A stretch of 64,000 bases of DNA from Planctomycetota bacterium (GCA_031409275.1 JANNXA010000014.1:96001-160000); one strand, 5' to 3'. Shown: positions 20,916-31,528, numbered from the stretch's first letter. A program made the numbers and translations. Notes: a model not told the origin generated them from the sequence alone.

Positions 20916-23851
20916 CGATCGACTCCCAACAACCCGAAGCCGCGCACATCCTCCGCGCTGAGCGGAACGCGCAGCACGCGCAGCAGCTCCTGCGCATCGA
21001 GGAAGCGGGCGCCTTCGTGCGAGACGTCCTTCAGGCGCCGACCATCGGGGTCGCTCATGCGATCGAGCGGGAACTCCTCGAGCACGAGGTCGCGCACGCG
21101 CAGCCCCTCGCCGAACAACGGGCCGATGATCAGCGGCTTGTCGCTCGACGAGGTGTCGAGCACGGATGCGGCCGAGCGGCCGGCGACGAGCGCGCTGCGG
21201 CGCAGGAACGGCGGGTTGTACCAGGCGGCCATCACCAGCCGGAACGCTCCGTCCGGCATCGGCTCCGCCGCGACGATCTTCGGCGACTCGGGATCGGTGA
21301 TGCGCACGATCGCGACCGCTCCCGGCGTCATCGTCTCCTCGATCGGCTGCACCGCGAAGCAGGCGTAGTCGTGCTCCTGCGTCGGCAGGTCGCCACCAGG
21401 ACTGCCAAGGTCGAATCGCGACAGCACCTGCACGTCGAGCACCCGGTTGGTGCTCTCCGGTCGGGCCGACGTCGCCGGCGACTCGACGCGCACCTCGGGC
21501 GGCGGGAAGAGCCGCTCCGGCTGGGTCGGTTCGGTCACATCGAAGAGGAAGAAGCCTTGCAGACCGCCGGCGACCGCCGCGATCTTGCGCGCCTCGGTGC
21601 GTTGACCGAGTCCATCGTCGGGGCGCGCGTACTGGAAGAGGACCTTCACCGCGTGGACATCATCCGCGCGAGTCGGGTCGAGGTTCGGATCGAGGTGACC
21701 GACGAGATCGACTTTGCCCGCGGTCGCGACATCGAAGATCTTCACGCCGGCGGCGCCGTCCGCGACGTAGAGGTGCGGCCAGCTCAGATCGAGCCCGACC
21801 GCCTCGTGCGTGGGCAGCTGCGACAGCGCTTTCGGCTTGGCCGGCTCGCTGACGTCGAAAAGGCGCACGCCGCCGCGACCATCGGCGACGTAGAGGACGC
21901 TGCCGCGCACCAGCAAGGCGCGCGGATCCGTCGTCTCCAGGAAGGCGACGCGTTCGGGGAAGGCCGCGCGACGTGCGTCGACGATGGCGACGCCCGCGCC
22001 GGCGATGGCGACGAAGAGCGTCTCGAAGCGCCCCTGCAGGTCGTCGCAGCGCGCCGCGATCGCGACCCCGCCCGGCAGCGCCAGCGATGCAAGCGGGGTC
22101 GACGCGTCGAGATTCTCGCGATCGACCGCGACGAGGTGGACGCCGCGCAGATCGAGGATCGCGGCGACCTCGCGCGACAGCCCGAAGCTCGGAGAGCCGA
22201 GCCCGACCGTGGCCGGCGAGCGGTGGCACTCGACGCAGCCGCGCGCCTGCGCGCGCGTGGTGTGCAGCTGATGATGGATCATCGTCATCCCGGAGAGTCC
22301 GGCGGCGGTCACCGGCAGCTCCTGGTCGAGGACGAGCGCGCCGGTCGCATCGTGAACGCTGCCCATCGTCGAGAAGCCGACCAGGAACGGCGCGACCTTC
22401 CCTTCGTCGTTCCAGCCGAAATAGAAGTGCTTGTAGGTCGCGAACACCTTCTCCTGCGTGGAGCAGCGTCCGGGTGTCCGGTCGCCGGTGACCAGATCGA
22501 GCTGCGAGAAGGATTCGTTGCGGTCGAAGTGGAAACCGAAGAAGTTGGCGTTCCACGCGGCGTGGCAGGTGTAGCACTCCAGCCGCTCGTGTTGCGGCGT
22601 CATCGCGCGCGCCGCCTTCGCGTTGTATTCGGGCCGCGATGGATCGATGACGTGAGTCGCCTGCGGGATGAAGTGGCGCTTGCCGTCGACCTTCGAAACC
22701 AGGTACGTGAGCCCCGCCTCGACGTGCAGATGGTCGAGCTTGCGGCCGCGAGAGGTCGTCAACGAGGAGACCTCGTCGAAGGTGCCGTGGCAGTCGGTGC
22801 ACTCGATCTCGACGGCGTGCTCCATGAAGCCCCAGATCTCGCCATCCCCCATCACGTCGCGCACGGTGTGGCAATCGACGCAGTGCATGCCGCGTTCATG
22901 GTGGACATCGGGCGGGACGATCGAGCGGTCGTTCACGTAGAAGACGCCGTTCTGCAGCGCCGCGGTCGTTCCGGGCACTTCCGGTCCCGCCGGCATTCCG
23001 GGCGCGAGCTGCGCCAGGCCGCGAAACTGCAGCCCGATCGAGGCGTCGCCGTAGTGGCAGTGCACGCAGGTCTGCGTCGGCGGCGCCGACACCATCGCGT
23101 GGCGCTCGGGATGACCGGGCTCGAAACGGTCGACGGTCGGATCGGCGCTGCGAGAGATGCCGTCGTCAGCGTAGGTCACGTGGCACGCGGAGCAGCCGGC
23201 TCCGCGGTAGTTGCCGTCCTGGCCGAGGCGGCCGCGCACGGCGGTGCCGCCCCCCCATAGATGGCATTGCATGCAGCTCTTGCGGCCAAGGTCGGTGACG
23301 TGACCCGCCAGCGAATCGCGACGCGTCGGGTCGTCGGCGAGCGGGAACCCGGGCAGCTCGGCGTAGGCCCCGTTGGGGCGACTGCGATCGCGATCGACCA
23401 CCGGGAAGATGCTGTAGCGGGTCCGGCGCTCCTTGCTGAGGCCGTTCTCGTAGAGGCTGTCGGAAAGGTGGCCGGCCGTCGTGCAATGCAGCGACTTCAG
23501 CAGGTTCTCGCAGTCGTTCGTGTGGCAGCTGCCGCAGACGCGGCTGGCCACGCGCAGGTCGCCCGGATTGACGAACTGGATCCAGGCTGGATCGTAGTCG
23601 AGCGGCAGCAGCCGCTCGTCGTTGGGCGGCGTCGCGCGCGGCTTCACGTGCGCTTGGACCTTCGTCGTCGCCTTCGCGTCGCCGCCGTGGCACGCCGTGC
23701 AGGTCAGCGGCTGCCAGGGGTGCATCTCCTCGATGCCGCCGTGACACGCCGAGCAGCCCTCCGCTTCCGGCCCCTTCGGTTGCTGGGCGCGCGCGGCCGG
23801 CAGCAGAGCGAGCAGGAGCGTCGCGCTCCACGCGACGACGCGGGTCGCCAT
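20912..23851 (-). CDS. Decaheme cytochrome c fused to an LVIVD-repeat domain
   Basis: Signal peptide; 10 CxxCH motifs counted; LYVADG..GV..FDVS.P repeats. Confidence 0.88.
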   Translation of the reverse strand: MATRVVAWSATLLLALLPAARAQQPKGPEAEGCSACHGGIEEMHPWQPLTCTACHGGDAKATTKVQAHVKPRATPPNDERLLPLDYDPAWIQFVNPGDLRVASRVCGSCHTNDCENLLKSLHCTTAGHLSDSLYENGLSKERRTRYSIFPVVDRDRSRPNGAYAELPGFPLADDPTRRDSLAGHVTDLGRKSCMQCHLWGGGTAVRGRLGQDGNYRGAGCSACHVTYADDGISRSADPTVDRFEPGHPERHAMVSAPPTQTCVHCHYGDASIGLQFRGLAQLAPGMPAGPEVPGTTAALQNGVFYVNDRSIVPPDVHHERGMHCVDCHTVRDVMGDGEIWGFMEHAVEIECTDCHGTFDEVSSLTTSRGRKLDHLHVEAGLTYLVSKVDGKRHFIPQATHVIDPSRPEYNAKAARAMTPQHERLECYTCHAAWNANFFGFHFDRNESFSQLDLVTGDRTPGRCSTQEKVFATYKHFYFGWNDEGKVAPFLVGFSTMGSVHDATGALVLDQELPVTAAGLSGMTMIHHQLHTTRAQARGCVECHRSPATVGLGSPSFGLSREVAAILDLRGVHLVAVDRENLDASTPLASLALPGGVAIAARCDDLQGRFETLFVAIAGAGVAIVDARRAAFPERVAFLETTDPRALLVRGSVLYVADGRGGVRLFDVSEPAKPKALSQLPTHEAVGLDLSWPHLYVADGAAGVKIFDVATAGKVDLVGHLDPNLDPTRADDVHAVKVLFQYARPDDGLGQRTEARKIAAVAGGLQGFFLFDVTEPTQPERLFPPPEVRVESPATSARPESTNRVLDVQVLSRFDLGSPGGDLPTQEHDYACFAVQPIEETMTPGAVAIVRITDPESPKIVAAEPMPDGAFRLVMAAWYNPPFLRRSALVAGRSAASVLDTSSSDKPLIIGPLFGEGLRVRDLVLEEFPLDRMSDPDGRRLKDVSHEGARFLDAQELLRVLRVPLSAEDVRGFGLLGVDR

Positions 23852-23859
23852 CGCGCGGC

Positions 23860-25020
23860 TCAGGAAAAGAGCCGCGGCAGCAGTCGCCCGCGAGCGAGCG
23901 GCGACTCGACGCCGAGCAGCTTGCAGACGGTCGGACAGACGTCGATGGTGCTGCAATCGGTCGCGATCGTCTTGCCCGCCTTGAAGTCGGGGCCCCACGC
24001 GACGCATGCCACCTTGTTCAGCTCGTCGGACGCATCGCCGTGGTCAAGGCCGTTGCGCTGGTTCAGGTTCTTGTCGCGGCCGAACTCCGGCAGGACGAGG
24101 ATCGACGTCGAATCGCGCAGCTGCGCGTCACCGAGTACGGTGTCGAGGATGCGGCCGAGCTCCTGATCGTTGCGCTTGATCACATCGACGTACGCGTTGA
24201 AGGAGCCGTGCGCGACGTCCGCATTCGTGAGCGAGACGCACGACAGCACCGGTCGGAAGATCTGCAGGATGTTGCCCGCGATGCGCAGCGCCTTGGCGTC
24301 ACCGGAACCTGGTCCGGTGAGGCTCACGGTCTCGCTCTGCGTGATCTCGTCGACGATGTACTTCTCGACGCGCGCGGCCGTGACCTCGTCGTTCAGCGCG
24401 GGACCGGTGACCCCGTCGCCGATCGCGCCACGCAAGCGATTCAACGCCGCGTACGCCTTCGGATCATCGGCGCGCGGCGTCCCGAACTGGCCGAGCACCT
24501 CGCGGAACTCCTGGTTGAAGATGCCCTCGCCGTCGATCACGTTCGCGCCGAAGGGAGCGCCCCAGCCGCGATTCAATCCGTACGCGAAGTTGACCCCCTG
24601 TGACCCGTTGTTGGCCGACAGCCAGGCGCCGCTCGCCGGGAGCTTCAGCTCCTTGCGGACGTACTCGAAGATGGTCGGGTTGAAGCCGCGCGAGTTCTCG
24701 CGAATGCCCATGTACTCGGGCACTCCGGTGAGGATCGACAGCGACGCGCCATAGTGGCCTAGATTCGCGGCCGCGCAGTTCGGGAAGACGACGCCCTGCG
24801 CCGCGAGCCGCATCAAGTTCGGCACGTTCGCTGGCGTGCCGATCGTGTCCTTGCTGCGAACGCCGCCGGCGAAGAGGACGAGCACGACCCGCTTCGTCTT
24901 CAGCGCGCCCACCGGCGGCGCCGCGAAGAGGGGGTTGCTGAGGGCGAGCGCGCTGGCCGCGACGGCACCCGCCTGCAGGAACCCGCGGCGCGTCACGGAC
25001 GGCAACGATGGCGTGTCCAC
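23860..25020 (-). CDS. Tat-exported DUF1501-like / alkaline-phosphatase-fold protein
   Basis: TRRGFLQ Tat motif; LVLFAGGVR, ADVAHG, PEFGRD, GLDHG; GAGGAG RBS before the GTG start. Confidence 0.75.
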   Translation of the reverse strand: MDTPSLPSVTRRGFLQAGAVAASALALSNPLFAAPPVGALKTKRVVLVLFAGGVRSKDTIGTPANVPNLMRLAAQGVVFPNCAAANLGHYGASLSILTGVPEYMGIRENSRGFNPTIFEYVRKELKLPASGAWLSANNGSQGVNFAYGLNRGWGAPFGANVIDGEGIFNQEFREVLGQFGTPRADDPKAYAALNRLRGAIGDGVTGPALNDEVTAARVEKYIVDEITQSETVSLTGPGSGDAKALRIAGNILQIFRPVLSCVSLTNADVAHGSFNAYVDVIKRNDQELGRILDTVLGDAQLRDSTSILVLPEFGRDKNLNQRNGLDHGDASDELNKVACVAWGPDFKAGKTIATDCSTIDVCPTVCKLLGVESPLARGRLLPRLFS

Positions 25021-25030
25021 GGTCAGCTCC

Positions 25031-26152
25031 TCAGTAGGACTGGTACTCGGAATGGGTCAACAACGCGCGCAACACGAGCCTCGCGTCCGCGCCACCCTCG
25101 ATCTCGCGCACGAAGGCGGAACTCTCCGCCGCCGTCGGCGGTCGGGCAAGGAAGTGCAGGAATCGATCGGCCACCTGCTCGGCAGGCGTCGCACCGTTAC
25201 CCAGCGCCCCATCCGCGACGCCGGAGTCGAGCATCATCTTGATCAAGACCGAGCGAAGCGGACGCGAGTCAGAAAGCGCCAGGAGCGCGTTGCGGCAGCG
25301 GCGGAACTCCTGGTAGTCCGGCACGCGGCCGAGCAGATCGGCGTAGAGCGACCGCACGAAGACGCGATCGCTCTTCGGGCGCGGCTGCGCAACGCGCTGC
25401 TCGTACGCGAGCGAGCCGAGCCAGCCAGCGACGAGGTCGGGCCATGACAATGGCTCGTTGCGCAGCCGCTCGGAGTCGGCGGCCAGCCGCTTCTTCGGCG
25501 GCGCGTCGCCGAAGATCGCCGTGAAGCGACGCTCGACGAAGCAGGGCTCACTCTGTGGATGCTCCGCGGCGATGCGCACGAAGTCCGCCTGGCTCGACCC
25601 GCTCTTCCCAAGCACATTCGCCGGGTAGCCGTCGTACATCCGCTTGGCTGCTTCCAGCAGCGCCGGCTCCTTCTGAACGGTGATTCCGAGCAATTGCTCA
25701 AGCACCACGGTCGCGAACGTGTCGTTTCCAGGGTTGCGTGCGTTGAAGAACTGGCTCGAAACGATCTGGCGGAGCATCTCGCGGATGGAGAGCTTGCGTC
25801 CAGCGAGCAACTGCGGGATCGCCGCGAACGCATCGGTCGACGGCCGGAAGTTGTCGATCAACAAAAAGTAGAAGAGCTCTTCTTCGTAGCAGCACTCCGC
25901 TGCGACGAAGCTGGACGAGAACTCACGGATCCACTCGCCGCGCGGCTTGCCTTGAGCGGCCTGCCACTCGGACGGCAGTGGCGTACGGCCAGCGAGGTCG
26001 ACGGTCGCGGCGCGGATGAAGCGACGGTCGAGCGGTGCCAGCGTCAACGACCGCTGCAACTCGGCGCCCGGAGCCTCGAGCGCCGCGGCGGCGATGACAT
26101 CTCGCGGGCCTGGCGCGAAGCGCCGAATCGAGAGGCTGACTGGATCGATCAT
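25031..26152 (-). CDS. DUF1549/DUF1553-like helical protein
   Basis: FIR...DLAGR.P..E, FVRSLY.DLLGR.P..E, FL.FL.RPPT..E, ALLT..EY. Confidence 0.7.
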   Translation of the reverse strand: MIDPVSLSIRRFAPGPRDVIAAAALEAPGAELQRSLTLAPLDRRFIRAATVDLAGRTPLPSEWQAAQGKPRGEWIREFSSSFVAAECCYEEELFYFLLIDNFRPSTDAFAAIPQLLAGRKLSIREMLRQIVSSQFFNARNPGNDTFATVVLEQLLGITVQKEPALLEAAKRMYDGYPANVLGKSGSSQADFVRIAAEHPQSEPCFVERRFTAIFGDAPPKKRLAADSERLRNEPLSWPDLVAGWLGSLAYEQRVAQPRPKSDRVFVRSLYADLLGRVPDYQEFRRCRNALLALSDSRPLRSVLIKMMLDSGVADGALGNGATPAEQVADRFLHFLARPPTAAESSAFVREIEGGADARLVLRALLTHSEYQSY

Positions 26153-26290
26153 CCTCGCCCTCGCTTCGCGTTGCGGTCAGCGACGAACCGGCCTGACGCT
26201 GGAACGATAGCGCTGCCCCCGGCCCTCGCACGCGGTGGAGCGGCGCCATTGGCACCTATCGGCACAGAGCCGCGGCATCAGCAAGGCGTG

Positions 26291-26328
26291 AAAAAAGGAG
26301 GCCCGAGCTCGCAAGCCCGGGCCTCCTT
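26291..26328 (-). terminator. Rho-independent terminator after the thioredoxin-like paralog pair
   Basis: AAGGAGGCCCGAGCT-CGCA-AGCCCGGGCCTCCTT inverted repeat with an A6 run (U tract on the minus strand). Confidence 0.85.
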
Positions 26329-26366
26329 CGTTCACGATTCTCGATGCAATTGACCGGAAGTGCGGC

Positions 26367-27113
26367 TTACGCCTTGGTCACCTTCCGCTCATCAGCCCAC
26401 TTCTTCTTCAGGGCCGCTTCACGCGTCTCGACCGCCTTCATCTGGTCGTTCAGCGCCTTCTCTTCCTTGGCCCATTCCGATTCCTTCGCAACCGTGGACT
26501 TGGCCTTCTTGGTCGCGAGGGCGGAACGCTTCGCCTCGATCTGGTCGATCTCGGTGAGGATGGTCTTGGTCTCCTTCACCACCGTCTCGAGGTCGTTCTT
26601 GTACGTCTTCGCAGCCGCGCGCTTCATCAGCGTGAAGAGCTTCGACGGCGAGATGTCCTGTCCCTCGACCGAGCCGATCTTCGCGCCCGTCGTGTCGACC
26701 ACGACCATGCGCGGCAGCTCCTTGCCGCCGAGGATCTTCCAGTACGGATGGCTGTCGGTGATCTTGTTGCCGTTCAGCTTGATCTGCTGAAACATCGTCG
26801 AGCCGATCTGGACGTTCTCGTCCATCAGCGTCGTCGCTTCGACGTTCTTCATGAACTGCGCGTGGTCCTCGAGCGCGCTGGTCAGGAAGACGATCGCCGG
26901 CTTGCCGGAGTTCTTGTAGCTGTCCGGGAGCGAGGAGTAGAGGCTCTCGGGGTTGAATCCTTCGTAGGAGTTGAACTTGGGCTCATCCCACTTCAACTCG
27001 ATGCGCGCCATACTGGCGCCGCAGCGTCCGCCGCCTCAGCCACCCTTCAGATCGGGCGTCAGGGCGAGGGCGGCCACCACCGCCATCACACCCGCAAGCG
27101 CAAACCTCTTCAT
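26367..27113 (-). CDS. Candidate exported selenoprotein 1 (in-frame UGA at codon 26), thioredoxin-like body plus coiled-coil tail
   Basis: GAAGGAGAGGA RBS; MKRFALAGVMAVVAALALTPDLKGG-UGA(27038-27036)-GGGRCGAS in frame with ORF 26367..27011. Confidence 0.75.
27002..27023 (-). promoter_or_regulatory. SECIS-like hairpin
   Basis: UGCG-G-CGCCA/GUA/UGGCG-CGCA; loop starts 23 nt after the UGA with G first. Confidence 0.6.
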
Positions 27114-27361
27114 CGATCCTCTCCTTCGTTGGCCACAGCTGAGCGGAGGGGGCATCCGTCCGCGGCTGAGCGATGTCGCTTCGATCGTTGATTACGCCAT
27201 CCCGGCTGAAGCGGCGCAAGGTCCTGTGACCGTCTGCTCCGCGGCGACCGGTGCTCGTCCGCCGAGAATCACCGGCACGCCTGTCCATGCCTTCCATCGT
27301 AAAAGACGATCAAAGAAATTTGTATCTCCATGATGTCTCCAACGAGTCGTCGTTCTCGAAT

Positions 27362-28168
27362 TCAGCCCTTCGCAACCTTGCGGTCGTCGCTGAACTTCTT
27401 CAAGAGCTCGGAATCGCGCGTCTGCACGTCCTGCAAGGCCTTGGCGAGAGCGGCCTCCTCGACACCGATCTCCTGCAGCTTCGCGCCCTTCGCAGTCTTC
27501 TTCTGCTCGACCAGGAGCTTCTGCTTCGCCTCGATCTGGTCCATCTCGTCGAGCAGCGAGCGCGTGTCCTTGACGACCTTGTCGAGGTCGGCTTTGTACG
27601 TCTTGCTTGCAGCCTTCTTCATCGACTTGAAAAGATTCGACGCCGAAAGCTCATTGCCTTCAAGGACGCCCGCCTTCTTGCCGGACGCGTCGATCACGAC
27701 CACGCGCGGCAGCGACTTGCCGCCGAGCGTCGGCCAATGCGGGTGGTCCTTCGAGACCTTGTCGCCCTTCATGCGGACCGCGCGGAAGAGGCGAGCGCCC
27801 ACTGCGACGTTCTCGTCGCCGAAGACAGCCGTTTCGAGCTCGGACATCTTCTTCGCGGCATCGGGCAGATCGGTGCCGAGGAAGAGGACGAGCGGCTTGC
27901 CGACTTCGGTGTACTCGGCCGGGAGGCACGAGAAGAAGTTGGTGGCGTCAACGTGGTCGTAGAGGTTGATCTTCGGCGTCTCCCACTTCATCTGGAGACG
28001 CGCAACGCTCGACGTGCCTTGGCGGGAAATACCGCCGCCGCTACGCATTCCACCACCGGATCGGGCGGCTCCGCCGCCCCCACCGCCGCATCAGCCGCCG
28101 CGAAGGTCGGGAGAGAGTGCGAGAGCGGCCGCGACCGCAATCGCTCCACCGAAAAGCCGGATCCGCAT
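27362..28168 (-). CDS. Candidate exported selenoprotein 2 (in-frame UGA at codon 26), paralog of 26367..27113
   Basis: GGGAG RBS; MRIRLFGGAIAVAAALALSPDLRGG-UGA(28093-28091)-CGGGGGGAARSGGG in frame with ORF 27362..28048. Confidence 0.75.
28063..28079 (-). promoter_or_regulatory. SECIS-like hairpin
   Basis: GGGCGGC/GGA/GCCGCCC perfect 7-bp stem; loop starts 19 nt after the UGA with G first. Confidence 0.6.
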
Positions 28169-28383
28169 GTAACGCTCCCTAAGTCGACTCGGCGCCGCTG
28201 GCGGATCGACATGCTTTCGCCGGGCATCCGGCGCAGCGTCCGATCGACGGCGCAATCGGTCTTTTCATAGCAATGGCACGACGAAAAGTGACGGAGGCGT
28301 GTCAAAGCCGCGTTAGTGCGCATTCAGATCCATCGGTGAGGCTCACGCACCGCAATCGGGTCGTCCGATCCGCGCGCGACCAT

Positions 28384-29607
28384 TCAAGTGGTCGCGAGAA
28401 TTCTTCTCGCCGCGTCGAGCTCGGAGGTCAACGCGTCGACCACGTCCGCGGGCGACGGGCAACCGGGCAGGGTCGGCAGCGTGTAGGTCTCGACCTCGAA
28501 GCAGTCGGTCAGGCCGAGGCGCCGTGAGATCCGCAACGCCTGGATCCACTCGCCTCGCGTCGTCAAGAGTCCATCGACCTGCGCGCGATCGATCGGCACG
28601 TGGTAGTGGACGCGCAGCTCCGCACCGACACTCGCGCCGGCAAACGCGGTGATGCCCTCGTCGAGGTCGAGGTAAGGCGCAACGCGACCGTTCGCCTCGC
28701 GAACGAACGATTGATGCAGCCAGCGCGGCTCGACGAAGCGGCGCAGCGCCGACAACTGCTGGTCGGCCGTCCCGTCGGACCGCGCGACGAGGGCGCTCGA
28801 AAGCTGCATCTTGCCGATACGAACGCCGGCCGCCGCGAGCAGTCCGAGCGCCAGTTCCGGCGCTTCGAACTCGACCGCCTGGTGACAGCAGTCGTAGCAG
28901 AGTCCGAGGTGACGGCGGAGCGCTTCGGACGCCGCCGACGATGCCCCTCCCGCCGCAACGTAGCTCGCGCGCGTCGCGGCGCTCGCGAGCGGACCGCTGA
29001 AGAAGGCGACCGCCTCCGCGGATGTCTCGATCGTGGTGAACGGCTCGGGCTCCAGGCACAGCACCACTTCGCGTCCCGTCTCTTCGAACAAGCGCGCGAG
29101 ACCGGCCGCGACGAGCGCGAGGTTCGAGGCGATCGCGCGATGCACCTCCGGGCCATTGCCGTCGAGCTTGCACGCGCCGGCCAACGTCGAGATCGGGACG
29201 ACGGATCCGGCGGGGACCAACGTCGCCGCGACGCGCGCCGCCTGCAGCGTGAAGTCGACACGCGCCGACTCGAGCCAGCTCGGCCGATAGACGTCGCGCT
29301 TCACCCGTTCGCGGTGGAAACCGCCGAACGGAAAGCAGTTGAACGTGGCGATCGTGAGCCGCCGCTGCGCGAGAAAATCGGCGAAGCGCGCGCATCGATC
29401 GGGCTGCGCCAATTCGGACGCGGTCGCGGCGCTGACGAACAGCCCCACCGGAAACGAGGCGTCGCCGACGAAGCGGCGCGCGACGGGGACCACGAACTCA
29501 TCGAGCGACCGCTCGACCTGCGCCAGGGTCTCACCGGCGTGAACGTTCGTGCAGTAGGTGAGGGTCGCGGCGGCGCGGCGTTCGCCTTGTCCCGTTGCCA
29601 TCTGCAT
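28384..29607 (-). CDS. eboE: EboE-family sugar-phosphate isomerase-like TIM-barrel protein
   Basis: YCTNVH.GE, FP.GGFH...VK..VY.P.W, LEPEP, D.CH.AVEFE, GKMQLSSAL, EPRWLHQ, RVHYHVP, EVETYT. Confidence 0.88.
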   Translation of the reverse strand: MQMATGQGERRAAATLTYCTNVHAGETLAQVERSLDEFVVPVARRFVGDASFPVGLFVSAATASELAQPDRCARFADFLAQRRLTIATFNCFPFGGFHRERVKRDVYRPSWLESARVDFTLQAARVAATLVPAGSVVPISTLAGACKLDGNGPEVHRAIASNLALVAAGLARLFEETGREVVLCLEPEPFTTIETSAEAVAFFSGPLASAATRASYVAAGGASSAASEALRRHLGLCYDCCHQAVEFEAPELALGLLAAAGVRIGKMQLSSALVARSDGTADQQLSALRRFVEPRWLHQSFVREANGRVAPYLDLDEGITAFAGASVGAELRVHYHVPIDRAQVDGLLTTRGEWIQALRISRRLGLTDCFEVETYTLPTLPGCPSPADVVDALTSELDAARRILATT

Positions 29608-29673
29608 CGCCCGCCTCACGCATCATGCGCGCCTCGTTTCAGCCCCACGCGCGGGCACGTTAGCGTCGCTGCG

Positions 29674-30810
<1,137 letters not shown>

Positions 30811-31528
30811 TGCGCCCGAAGAAGAGGTGTCCCGCCCCTTCGATCGTCTCGACGGCACGCAGGTCGGCGAAGCGCCGCGCGAGGTCGGCGGCGTCCGGCG
30901 GCGCAACGAGTTCGTCTGCGCCTGCGAGCACCAACGCGGCGGGCGCCGCGAGCCGCTCGGGCACGTGGCCGGCGTACTTCGCCATCGTCAGCGGCGGCGC
31001 CACGCCAAGCCATCCCTGCGCGCCGCCTTCCGCTGCGCATTCGAGCGCCCGGATCGAGCCGAAAGAGAAGCCAGCGGCCAGCAGCGTCGCCACCGCCGGC
31101 CAGCGCGCCCGCATCCACTCGGCGACGAGACGGTAGTCCTCCTTCTCGCCGCGCCCGCCGTCGTGAATTCCTTCGCTCTTCCCGACGCCGCGAAAGTCGA
31201 ATCGGGCCACGACGCCACCGGCCACCGCCATCGCGCGAGCGCCATGGACGACGACCGAGTTCTGCATGGTCCCGCCGTGCAGCGGGTGCGGATGGCCGAA
31301 GACGGCGAGGAAGCGCGGAGTCGGGTGCAGACGCGGGTCGGGAAGCTCGAGGCGACCGTCGATGCGACCGCCGGCGCCCGCGAGGTGGAACGGTTCGAGC
31401 GGCGGCAGCGGCTGCATGCGGCGGCGACTCCCATTGCGGCGAAAAGCGTGGCCGAGATTCGGCAGTTGAACGCGGGCCCGCCATTTAGAGACTGAAGTTT
31501 TCTCCCGAGAGCGCCCGATCCCACCCCC

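Noticed and set aside
26367..28168. Genome-wide UGA reassignment (code 4 or 25) as the explanation for the in-frame TGAs
   Set aside because: TGA is the normal stop for many clear genes here (kdsB, pyrG, bioB, glgP, and paralog 2 itself), so any recoding must be site-specific
26367..28168. Pseudogene interpretation of the two paralogs
   Set aside because: The same stop at the same aligned codon in two diverged, otherwise intact genes with strong RBSs is unlikely to be decay
28272..28284. 13-mer AATGGCACGACGA shared with 60372-60384
   Set aside because: This copy has no -12 GC and points away from the nearest gene start; it may be chance
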